Positions 47,673 to 59,155 of a DNA stretch of 64,000 bases are shown one piece after another (the stretch's first letter is position 1; every line of letters begins with the position of its first letter). The stretch comes from Phyllobates terribilis (lineage: Eukaryota), in assembly GCF_046119375.1 (NCBI RefSeq), contig NW_027362767.1, positions 238,080,001 to 238,144,000 of the forward strand. The letters run 5' to 3'. Below the pieces are notes generated by a model. It had not been told where the DNA came from. It was given only the letters and a program-made list of their open reading frames with translations, and made no database searches. The position numbers were made by a program, and so were the translations under genes.

Positions 47673-47978
47673 TTAATTATAAAATAAAGCCTTGTAGCCA
47701 ATCCTAACAGTGTGTAATATACTCACTGTCAGGATTCAGCTCTGCTTGCAGGTTCCAGCAGTCATCACATGGATACCTCACTCATATGCATTTTCATACT
47801 TACAGTCACCTGACAACGAGCTTCTCTTTCTGCTTCTCTCAATTTTTCACTGAACATTGAGAGAAGTAGGCAGAGCAGCTCGTCGGCATGTGACTAAGTG
47901 TGCAAATCGCATATGTGCTTGGGGGGGCGCCAAACTGAACTCTTGCCCTGGGTGCCAGAAAGCCTAGATACACCTCTG

Positions 47979-49031
47979 GCAGAAGAGGTTTTCTTGTAAT
48001 GACTCTTCAATGAAGGCCATATTTGTGCAGGTGTCTCTGAACGGTAGAACAATGTACCACAACTCCAGAGTCTGGTAAATCTTTCTGAAGTTTTTTTGCA
48101 GTCAAGTGGGGGTTCTGAGATGCCTCTCTAGCAATCCTATGAGCAGCTCTCACTGAAATTTTGCTTGGTCTTCCAGACTTTATCTTGACCTTCACTGTTC
48201 CTGTTAACTGCCATTTCTTAATTACATTTCGAACTGAGGAAAGGGCAACTTGAAAACGCTTTTTTATTTCTTATAGCCTTCTCCTGCTTTGTGGGCCTCC
48301 ACCATTTTCATTTTCAGAGTTCTAGGCAGCCGATTAGAACCCATGGCTGCTGTTTTTTTTGGCACAAGGTTAGAAGAGGCTGAGTTTTTATAAAGTTGGG
48401 AAATTTGCATCACCAGGCCTTTCCTAATGATGATAGTGAACAAGCCATAACCCTACCAGGCTAATTAAGGTCTGAGACCATGGTCAAAGTTATGTGAGTA
48501 CACAGAACTCCAAGGGTGCCCAAACTTTAGCATCGGACCATTTTCCTTCTTGTCATTTTAAAAATGTAAGAAATGACAATATGTTTTTTTTTGCCAAAAA
48601 TACAAAGGAAATGTGTCATCTTTAACTTGAGCCTTGTTAGAGATTAGGGTTGAGCGAGTATGTTCTGTTAACCCTTTCGGCGAGTATGCTCCGGCCGAGC
48701 TCCGAGTATTTACAGCTGCTCGGTGATATGGTTGAATCGCTCCCGTGTGCATGATTTGCGACTGTTTGACAGTTTTAATACATGTGAGGAATGTCTATTT
48801 CTTACACATTCCTCACATGTAATAAAGTTGTCCAGCAGTTGCAAATCATGCACACGGGAGCGTTTCAAACATATCACCAAGCAGCTGTAAATACTCGGAG
48901 CTCGGCCCGAGCATACTCGGACAGAACATACTCGCTCATCACTATTAGAGATCATTTCATCTTCAACTTACTTAACTGTTCACAATAACAGTAATTTTGA
49001 CCAGGGGTGCACAAACTTTTACATTTCACTG
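47979..49031 (-). mobile_element. Tc1 5' half (truncated), interrupted by a hAT MITE
   Basis: Right terminus ...GGGGTGCACAAACTTTTACATTTCACTG-TA. HTH fragment SGRPSKISVRAAHRIAREASQNPHLTAKKLQKDL. Confidence 0.8.
48645..48944. mobile_element. Foldback hAT MITE, same family as 44334-44623 in opposite orientation
   Basis: TAGGGTTGAGCGA...TCGCTCATCACTA. Perfect 8-bp TSD TTAGAGAT. Confidence 0.9.
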
Positions 49032-49033
49032 TA

Positions 49034-49693
49034 GTTAACCACTTTAGTGAACACCATACAAAAACATAAATAAGAAATGTTGCAAAAAACGATGCTTTTT
49101 CATCATACTGCTGAAGAAAGTGAAATAAAACACAATCAAAAAGTCGAATGGAAATATAAATGGTATAGCTGAAAATGAGTTCTTGTCCTGCTAAAAAATA
49201 CAAGCCGCCATACAGCTCCATCAGCGGTGAAATAAAAAGCTATAGCTCTCAGAATATAGCGATGCAAAAACAATTTTTTTTCTATAAAATAGTTTTTATT
49301 GTGTAAAAGCGTCAAAACATAAATTATATAAATATGGTATTGCTGTAATAGTACTGACCCAAACAATAAAGCTGCCTGATCACTTTTACCACACGGTGAA
49401 TGGCATAAAAAAAAAAACCCAAAAAAAAAAACAAGTCCTGAATTGTTGGTTTTTGTTCATTCTGCCTCATAAAAATCGGGCTAGAAAGCGATCAAAAAAT
49501 GTTATGTGCCCGATAATGATACAAATGAAAATGTCAACTCGTCCCACAAAAAAAAGCCCTCACATGCCTGTCGGCAGAAATATAGAAAAATTATAGCTCT
49601 CAAAATATGGCGATGCAAAAACTTTTTTCTGTAAAAAAAAAATAATAATTTTTAGTGTGTGATAGTAGCAAAACACATATATATATATACATA
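49034..49693. repeat. Fragment of the large AT-rich piggyBac-like repeat (resumes at about 52993-53561 after the two Tc1 insertions)
   Basis: Matches 330-620 (GCCATACAGCTCCATCAGC, GCGATGCAAAA). Contains an internal duplication. Confidence 0.55.
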
Positions 49694-51269
49694 CACTGCT
49701 CAAAAGAATAAAGGGAACACTCAAATAACACATCCTAGATCTGAATGAATGAAATATTCTCATTGAATACTTTGTTCTGTACAAAGTTGTATATGCTGAC
49801 AACAAAATCACACAAAAATCATCAATGGAAATCAAATTTATTAACCAATGTAGTCACCCCCAAAATTAAAGTGGAAAAACACACTACAGGCCGATCCAAC
49901 TTTGATGTAATGTCCTTAAAACAAGTCAAAATTAGGCTCAGTATTGTGTGTGGCCTCCACGTGCCTGTATGACCTCCCTACAACGCCTGGGCATGCTCCT
50001 GATGAGGTTGCGGATGGTCTCCTGTGGGATCTCCTCCCAGACCTGGACTAAAGCATCCACCAACTCCTGGACAATCTGTGGTGCAACGTGACGTTGGTGG
50101 ATGGAGCGAGACATGATGTCCCAGATGTGTTCAATCGGATTCAGGTCTGGGGAACGGGCGGGCCAGTCCATAGCTTCAATGCCTTCATCTTGCAGGAACT
50201 GCTGACACACTCCAGCCACATGAGGTCAGGCATTGTCCTGCATTAGGAGGAACCCAGGGCCAACCGCACCAGCATATGGTCTCGCAAGGGGTCTGAGGAT
50301 CTCATCTCGGTACCTAATGGCAGTCAGGCTACCTCTGGCGAGCACATGGAGGGCTGTGTGGCCCTCAGAAAGAAATGCCACTCCACACCATTACTGACCC
50401 ACTGCCAAACAGGTCATGCTGAAGGACGTTGCAGGCAGCAGATCGCTCTCCACGGCGTCTCCAGACTCTGTCACGTCTGTCACATCTGCTTAGTGTGAAC
50501 CTGCTTTCATCTGTGAAGAGCACAGAGTGCCAGTGGCGACTTTGCCAATCCTGGTGTTCTGTGGCAAATGCCAAGCGTCCTGCACGGTGTTGGGCTGTGA
50601 GCACAACCCCCATCTGTGGACGTCGGGCCCTCATACCACCCTCATGGAGTCGGTTTCTAACCGTTTGTGCAGACACATGCACATTTGTGGCCTGCTGGAG
50701 ATCATTTTGCAGGGCTCTGGCAGTGTTCCTCCTTGCACAAAGGCAGAGGTAGCGGTCCTGCTGCTGGGTTGTTGCCCTCCTACGGCCCCCTCCACGTCTC
50801 CTGATGTACTGGCCTGTCTCCTGGTGTACTGGCCTGTCTCCTGGTAGCGCCTCCAGCCTCTGGACACTACGCTGACAGACACAGCAAACCTTCTTGCCAC
50901 AGCTCACATTGATGTGCCATCCTGGATGAGCTGCACTACCTGAGCAACTTCTGTGGGTTGTAGAGTCCGTCTCATGTTACCACGAGTGTGAAAGCACAAC
51001 CAACATTCAAAAGTGACCAAAACATCAGCCAGAAAGCATTGGTACTGAGATGTGGTCTGTGGTCCCCACCTGCAGAACCACTCCTTTATTGAGGGTGTCT
51101 TGATAATTGCCAATAATTTCCATCTATTGTCTATTCCATTTGCACAACAGCATGTGAAATTGATTGTCAATCAGTGTTGCTTCCTAAGTGGACCGTTTGA
51201 TTTCACAGAAGTTTGATATACTTGGAGTTATATTCTGTTGTTTAAGTGTTCCCTTTATTTTTTTGAGCA

Positions 51270-51272
<3 letters not shown>
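49694..51272 (-). mobile_element. Tc1 (DD34E) element with a frameshifted transposase
   Basis: TA-CACTGCTCAAAAGAATAAAGGGAACAC TIR. Motifs FTDESRF and QDNARPH...SPDLNPIE. A 20-bp tandem duplication at 50796-50835 shifts the frame. Confidence 0.92.

Positions 51273-51304
<32 letters not shown>
51273..51304. repeat. (TA)n microsatellite between two Tc1-family elements
   Basis: Directly visible. Confidence 0.95.
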
Positions 51305-51307
<3 letters not shown>

Positions 51308-52931
51308 TACAGACCAAAAGTTTGGACACACCTTCTCATTTAAAGATTTTTCTGTATTTTCTTGACTATGAAAATTGTACATTTACACTGAAAGCATCAC
51401 AACTATGAATTAACACATGTGGAATTATATACTTAACAAAAAAGTGTGAAACAACTGAAAATATGTCTTATATTCTAGGTTCTTCAAAGTAGCTACGTTT
51501 TGCTTTGATGACTGCTTTGCACACTCTTGGCATTCTCTTGATGAGCTTCAAGAGGTAGTCGCCGGAAATGGTTTTCACTTCACAGGTGTGCCCTGTCAGG
51601 TTTAATAAGTGGGATTTCTTGCCTTATAAATGGGGTTGGGACCATCAGTTGTGCTGTGCAGAAGTCTGGTGGATACACAGTTGATAGTCCCACTGAATAG
51701 ACTGCTAGCTGCTTTTTTCTTGCCATAATACAAATTCTAAGTAAAGAAAAATGAGTGGCCACCATTACTTTAAGAAATGAAGGTCAGTCAGTGCGAAAAA
51801 TTGGGAAAACTTTGAAAGTGTCCCCAAGCGCAGTTGCAAAAACCATCAAGCGCTACAAAGAAACTGGCTCACATGAGGACCGCCCCAGGAAAGGAAGACC
51901 AAGAGTCACCTCTGCTTCTGAGGATAAGTTTATCCGAGTCACCAGCCTCAGAAATCGCAGGTTAACAGCAGCTCAGATTAGAGACCAGGTCAATGCCACA
52001 CAGAGTTCTAGCAGCAGACACATCTCTTCAACAACTGTTAAGAGGAGACTTTGTGCAGCAGGCCTTCATGGTAAAATAGCTGCTAGGAAACCACTGCTAA
52101 GGACAGGCAACAAGCAGAAGAGACTTGTTTGGGCTAAAGAACACAAGGAATGGACATTAGACCAGTGGAAATCTGTGCTTTGGTCTGATGAGTCCAAATT
52201 TGAGATCTTTGGTTCCAACCACCGTGTCTTTGTGCGACGCAGAAAAGGTGAACTGATGGACTCCACATGCCTGGTTCCCACCGTGAAGCATGGAGGAGGA
52301 GGTGTGATGGTGTGGGGGTGCTTTGCTGGTGACACTGTTGGGGATTTATTCAAAATTGAAGGCATACTGAGCCAGCATGGCTACCACAGCATCTTGCAGC
52401 GGCATGCTATTCCATCCGGTTTGCGTTTAGTTGGACCATCATTTATTTTTCAACAGGACAATAACCCCAAACACACCTCCAGGCTGTGTAAGGGCTATTT
52501 GACCAAGAAGGAGAGTGATGGGGTGCTACGCCAGATGACCTGGCCTCCACAGGCACCAGACCTGAACCCATTCGAGATGGTTTGGGGTGAGCTGGACCGC
52601 AGAGTGAAGGCAAAAGGGCCAACAAGTGCTAAGCATCTCTGGGAACTCCTTCAAGATTGTTGGAAGACCATTTCCGGTGACTACCTCTTGAAGCTCATCA
52701 AGAGAATGCCAAGAGTGTGCAAAGCAGTCATCAAAGCAAAAGGTGGCTACTTTGAAGAACCTAGAATATAAGACATATTTTCAGTTGTTTCACACTTTTT
52801 TGTTAAGTATATAATTCCATATGTGTTAATTCATAGTTTTGATGCCTTCAGTGTGAATGTACAATTTTCATAGTCAAGAAAATACAGAAAAATCTTTAAA
52901 TGAGAAGGTGTGTCCAAACTTTTGGTCTGCA

Positions 52932-52934
<3 letters not shown>
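51305..52934 (+). mobile_element. Full-length DD38E (Intruder-type) Tc1-sibling element
   Basis: TA-flanked. TIRs of about 190 bp starting CAGTACAGACCAAAAGTTTGGACACACC; the right TIR overlaps the end of the ORF. 38 residues between the second D and the E. Confidence 0.93.
51755..52771 (+). pseudogene. DD38E transposase, intact downstream of a disrupted start
   Basis: 338-codon open frame with HTH, WSDE, QQDNNPKH and APDLNPFE. The true ATG (MARKKQL) is on the opposite strand at 51724-51726, inside an inverted segment. TGA at 51752-51754. Confidence 0.88.

Positions 52935-52992
<58 letters not shown>
52935..52992. repeat. (TA)n microsatellite
   Basis: Directly visible. Confidence 0.95.
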
Positions 52993-52995
<3 letters not shown>

Positions 52996-53561
52996 TATCG
53001 CTGTAATCGCACTGACCTGAAGAATAAAGTCGTCTAATCGCTTATACCGCAAGAGGAACTGCATAAAAAATAAATAAAACCAATTTAGATTTAGATGGAA
53101 ACCCCAATGTAAGAGCTCAGTGTTGAACGCAGGATGAATGTGATTAAAAATGTTATAAAACATGTTGCCAATAAAAGCTTAATCTCAATCCACAAAAAAT
53201 GAAAGTCCCCACTCAGGTCCATCATCTGTTAACGGAAATGTAGGGGGCTTCCATGTTAATGGTAGTACAAAGGATCTGGAAAAGCAAAATGGCTCCTTGC
53301 CCCCAAAAGAAATTCAGCAAATTTTGCGCTCCCAAATCCAAATACACCCTTCTGAGCCCCGCAGTGTCCCTAAACCATATTTAGCGCCCACATGTTTGTC
53401 AGTACTGTAGCAAAAAGAGCCTGCTTAATTTATGGGGTACATGTCTCCAGAAACACGAGCTGGACACAATGTATGGGCACTACAATGTATGGGCACTACA
53501 ATTTACGGGCACGCCACTGGCAGATATGCATTTTTCACTCAGCAACATCTACTGCTGCTTG

Positions 53562-54368
53562 TGTGGGAGTGGTGGAGATGATGTTCCACTCTCTGACACC
53601 ACAAGTAGTTAAATGTATTTGATCGTAATGTATGTCATCTGAAAGCAAAATCCTCTAGGGCTACAGTATAGCTGTTATCTGTAGCGGGTCAGCCCAGATT
53701 AGGGAGAGGGAACTGAGAGTTAATGTCAATTTCAGGAAGTGTCAGTTCAGTTAGGGAAAGTGTGGTGAAGGGGATAGCAGTGGTCATATGCAGTGGACTG
53801 CTAGGGCCACCATGAGCCTGTTACTCGGGACAGTGGATTGCCATAGAACCCTTCCGTGTGAATCAATTTGTCAGCCTGGGGACCTCGAGATGGACATCGG
53901 GGCCTTTGGGCGAACTAGGCCTGCTGTGCTGCAGGGACTGATGGACTCAGACTCTCAGAGACGGGAGGTGATGGAATCTGGGTGCATTGCTTGTGGTGGA
54001 AAAGAATTCCTAGTGCTAGAGGAGTTAGCAAGAGGGATAACTCTACCCATACCGAGAACTAGGGCTGAAGTTATGTCTTGGACCTCTGGGAAAGACTTTA
54101 ATCTGTTGTGCCCTATCCTACATGGTTCATTGTAATGACTGTAAACTGCTCTGTAAAAGTTTGATTCTTTTAAAATATTCGGTGTCCCCTGCATTGTGTG
54201 CTACGGTCTGGAAGATGAAAGCTTGGAGCCAGTGGAGGCCTATGACCTACAAGTGTGATGCACTCCACACACACAGCACACCGGAACTGGGAAACTATTT
54301 TCCTATAGGGTGCCAGAGCGTGCAGAAGCAGTAGCTCGCCCACGACTACCTTGCTCAGGCACCTTACA
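53562..54368. mobile_element. Solo LTR (807 bp) of a third family
   Basis: TGTGGGAG...CACCTTACA with 4-bp TSD CTTG (53558-53561 and 54369-54372). The host repeat rejoins across it. Confidence 0.8.
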
Positions 54369-54597
54369 CTTGTTTCTGGCAAACACCCATGGAGTCAAAA
54401 TCGTCACTACACCTGTAGATACATTTCCAGAGGGGTTTAGTTTCCAAACTGAGGTACTCTTCTAACACTTAGGGGCTCTGTATATGGAATATGCAAACTA
54501 TTCTAGGAAAAGCTGTACTCCAAGAGTCAAATAGCGCTCCTTCCCTCTGAGTCTTGCCGTCAAGGCTGCCACCAGGAATTTCAGGGCCCCATACTAG

Positions 54598-54635
54598 CAC
54601 CCCGATGAAGGCTCGCCGAAACACGCGTTGGGGTG
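54598..54635 (+). ncRNA. Degenerate minimal hammerhead-ribozyme-like motif (Penelope-like-element type)
   Basis: CACCCC-GATGA-AGGCTCGCC-GAAA-CACGC-GTT-GGGGTG. Stem I CACCCC/GGGGTG, GAUGA and GAAA core halves, palindromic ACGCGT. The core lacks the canonical CU. Confidence 0.4.
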
Positions 54636-55209
54636 GATGCGCACCCACCCTGAGAGTTTAGTGACAGCATGATTCTACTCCAGCAGGTACCTTACATGCA
54701 GACACAAGTTTAATTAACTATTTATTATGTTCCGTGTCAACCGCCATTTGGCATCTGTATATATGGTATGAACTTTTCAGAATTGTGAGGGGAGTGTTCA
54801 TGTGGTCTGTTTCACAGTTTATTACATGTCTAAATTAGACACTCTATATGGAAATTGTATATATTCTCACTGGTTGCGCAGCGTGTCCCTTGTTTGTCCT
54901 TTGCACGTCATGCTGCCATTGGTTCTATTACACTTTGTGAATCTTTTTAAATACTTTCTTCAATAAAAATGTTATTTTTATATGCTCTTATATTATGATG
55001 GGGATTATTTGATCATCGTTTTCCTCTTATATCTTTTTCAGGCGCAGTGCAAAGCTCAGAAGGGAAGGAGCGCCATATTATAGAGCAGATTTTACTGGTA
55101 TGGTTTGAGGGTGCCATGACCCACTGGGAGAGCCCAGGAGGTGCAGAACAGCAGAACCCCCCCATAAGTGACTCCATTTTACAAACTACACCTCTCAATT
55201 CATCTAGGG

Positions 55210-58200
55210 CAGTGATGGCAAACCTATTACAGACCGAGTGCCCAAACTGCAACCCAAAACCCACTTATTTCTCGCCAAGAGCCAACACGGCAAATTAACC
55301 TAAATACTGAGGTTTTAGTTTAAAAAAAACAACTCATACAGATGGGGGTGGGGGGCAGAGAGCAGCCACAGAAAGGAGCAGGGGTATGAGACTGCAGAAA
55401 TAAAGAATGTATCCATGTATATATGCTGCCCTCCCCCAATCCATGTATATATGCTGCCCTCCCCCAATCCATGTATATATGCTGCCCTCCCCCAATCCAT
55501 GTATATATGCTGCCCTCCCCCAATCCATGTATATATGCTGCCCTCCCCCAATCCATGTATATATGCTGTCCCCCCCCCATTCCATGTATATATGCTGCCC
55601 TCCCCCAATCCATGTATATATGCTGCCCTCCCCCCAATCCATGTATATATGCTTCCCTCCCCCAATCCATGTATATATGCTGCCCTCCCCAATCCATGTA
55701 TATATGCTGCCCTCCCCCAATCCATGTATATATGCTTCCCTCCCCCAATCCATGTATATATGCTTCCCTCCCCCAATCCATGTATATATGCTGCCCTCCC
55801 CCAATCCATGTATATATGCTGCCCTCCCCCAGTCCATGTATATATGCTGCCCCCAATCCTTGCATATATGCTGCCTCCACCCCCCATCCATGTATATATG
55901 GCTGCCTTCCCCCCATCCATGTATATATGCTGCCTCCACACCCCCCATCCATGTATATATGCTGCCCTCCCCCAATCCATGTATATATGCTGCCCCCAAT
56001 CCTTGCATATATGCTGCCTCCACCCCCCATCCATGTATATATGGCTGCCTTCCCCCCATCCATGTATATATGCTGCCTCCACACCCCCCATCCATGTATA
56101 TATGGCTGCCTTCCCCCCATCCATATATATATGCTGCCTCCACACACCCCCATCAAGGTATATATGCTGCCTCCACACCCCCCATCCATGTATATATGGC
56201 TGCCTTCCCCCCATCCATGTATATATGGCTGCCTTCCCCCCATCCATATATATATGCTGCCTCCACACACCCCCATCAAGGTATACATGCTGCCTCCACA
56301 CACCCCCATCCATGTATATATGCTGCCTCCACACCCCCCATCCATGTATATATGCTGCCTCCACACCCCCCCATCCATGTATATATGCTGCCTCCACCCC
56401 CCCCATCAAGGTATATATGCTGCCTCCACACACCTCCTTCAAGGTATATATGCTGCCTCCACACACCCCCATCAAGGTATATATGCTGCCTCCACACACC
56501 CCCTTCAAGGTATATATGCTGCCTCCACACACCCCCATCAAGGTATATATGCTGCCTCCACACCCCCCATCCATGTATATATGGCTGCCTTTCCCCCATC
56601 CATATATATATGCTGCCTCCACACACCCCCATCAAGGTATACATGCTGCCTCCAAACCCCCCATCCATGTATATATGCTGCCTCCACACCCCCCATCCAT
56701 ATATATATGCTGCCTCCACACACCCCCATCAAGGTATATATGCTGCCTCCACACCCCCCATCCATGTATATATGGCTGCCTTTCCCCCATCCATATATAT
56801 ATGCTGCCTCCACACACCCTCATCAAGGTATACATGCTGCCTCCACACACCCCCATCCATGTATATATGCTGCCTCCACACCCCCCCATCCATGTATATA
56901 TGCTGCCTCCACCCCCCCCATCAAGGTATATATGCTGCCTCCACACACCCCCTTCAAGGTATATATGCTGCCTCCACACACCCCCATCAAGGTATATATG
57001 CTGCCTCCACACACCCCCTTCAAGGTATATATGCTGCCTCCACACACCCCCATCAAGGTATATATGCTGCCTCCACACCCCCCATCCATGTATATATGGC
57101 TGCCTTTCCCCCATCCATATATATATGCTGCCTCCACACACCCCCATCAAGGTATATATGCTGCCTCCACACCCCCCATCCATGTATATATGCTGCCTCC
57201 ACACCCCCCATCCATGTATATATGCTGCCTCCACACCCCCCATCCATGTATATATGCTGCCTCCACACCCCCCATCCATGTATATATGGCTGCCTTTCCC
57301 CCATCCATATATATATGCTGCCTCCACACACCCCCATCAAGGTATACATGCTGCCTCCACACACCCCCATCCATGTATATATGCTGCCTCCACACCCCCC
57401 CATCCATGTATATATGCTGCCTCCACCCCCCCCATCAAGGTATATATGCTGCCTCCACACACCCCCTTCAAGGTATATATGCTGCCTCCACACACCCCCA
57501 TCAAGGTATATATGCTGCCTCCACACACCCCCTTCAAGGTATATATGCTGCCTCCACACACCCCCATCAAGGTATATATGCTGCCTCCACACCCCCCATC
57601 CATGTATATATGGCTGCCTTTCCCCCATCCATATATATATGCTGCCTCCACACACCCCCATCAAGGTATATATGCTGCCTCCACACCCCCCATCCATGTA
57701 TATATGCTGCTTCCACACCCCCCATCCATGTATATATGCTGCCTCCACACACCCCCATCCATGTATATATGCTGCCATCACACACCCCCATCAAGGTATA
57801 TATGCTGCCTCCACACCCCCCATCCATGTATATATGGCTGCCTTTCCCCCATCCATATATATATGCTGCCTCCACACACCCCCATCAAGGTATACATGCT
57901 GCCTCCACACACCCCCATCAAGGTATACATGCTGCCTCCACACCCCCCCATCCATGTATATATGCTGCCTCCACACCCCCCATCCATGTATATATGCTGC
58001 CTCCACCCCCCCCATCAAGGTATATATGCTGCCTCCACATCCCCCATCCATGTATATATGCTGCCACCACACACCCCCATCAAGGTATATATGCTGCCTC
58101 CACACCCCCCATCCATGTATATATGCTGCCTCCACACCCCCCATCCATGTATATATGCTGCCACCACACACCCCCATCAAGGTATATATGCTGCCTCCAC

Positions 58201-59147
58201 ACCCCCCATCCATGTATATATGCTGCCACCACACACCCCCATCAAGGTATATATGCTGCCTCCACACCCCCCCATCCATGTATATATGGCTGCCTTCCCC
58301 CCATCCATATATATATGCTGCCTCCACACACCCCCATCCATGTATATATGCTGCCTCCACACACCCCCATCCATGTATATATGCTGCCACCACACACCCC
58401 CATCAAGGTATATATGCTGCCTCCACACCCCCCCATCCATGTATATATGGCTGCCTTCCCCCCATCCATATATATATGCTGCCTCCACACACCCCCATCC
58501 ATGTATATATGCTGCCTCCACACACCCCCATCCATGTATATATGCTGCCACCACACACCCCCATCAAGGTATATATGCTGCCTCCACACCCCCCCATCCA
58601 TGTATATATGGCTGCCTTCCCCCCATCCATGTATATATGCTGCCTCCACCCCCCCATCCATGTATATATATTGCCTCCACACACACACCCGCAGCTGCTG
58701 CTGTTCATGTTCATCGCATATAAAAAGCAAAAAAAAAACATAATAAACATTCCTATTCACCTTCCTTCCTCTCCCGCGCAGCGTCCTCTCCTGTAGCCAG
58801 CAGCTGACTCCAGCATCCTAGCGACAGGGCGCATGACGTCACTGCCTTGTGCCCGGTCGCCTGTACGCTGACATCAGCTGCTGGCCTCTGATTGGCCGGC
58901 AGTGTGTATTGCGGTGCACGGGCCTGGCAACTCGTGCGCTGCAAAACACTTCAGCTAGATGTGTGTCAGAGAGCGCAAATCTAGCTGAAGTAGGGGCTGG
59001 CGTCGGCACTCGGCGGGCTCAAAGTCCTCACCCGCCGGGCCGGGTCCAGGTCCAGGAGAACTAGTACTGCGGCTATGGTGCGCGAGGTCTTAGGGAGGGC
59101 TCTGCGTGCCCCCTCTGGCACCGCGTGCTATAGGTTTGCCTGTACTG
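55210..59147. mobile_element. Non-autonomous hAT element carrying a 3.3-kb minisatellite
   Basis: CAGTGATGGCAAACCTAT / ATAGGTTTGCCTGTACTG ends. Perfect 8-bp TSD ATCTAGGG (55202-55209 and 59148-59155). Confidence 0.92.
55407..58690. repeat. 29-33-bp variant minisatellite, about 100 copies, with higher-order repeats
   Basis: Core CCATGTATATATGCTGCC. Variant units CCCCAATCC..., CCATCAAGG..., GGCTGCCTTCC.... Identical translations recur at spacings of 514-515 bp and 161 bp. Confidence 0.98.
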
Positions 59148-59155
59148 ATCTAGGG

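Larger units (their letters stand above)
45302..47978. mobile_element. hAT-like composite region with minisatellites (ends from different families, no TSD match)
   Basis: CAGTGGTGGCGAACCTATGGCACG at the left, CTAGATACACCTCTG at the right. The flanks do not form a TSD. Confidence 0.45.

Noticed and set aside
45302-47978. Single intact hAT element
   Set aside because: The left and right ends belong to different TIR types and the flanks (GACCAGTC vs GCAGAAGA) are not a TSD. Kept only as a low-confidence composite.
55315-58796. ORFs of 1129, 1106, 1102, 435 and 352 aa and many overlapping shorter ones
   Set aside because: They are translations of a stop-free minisatellite in every frame, with no codon structure, splice signals or domain.
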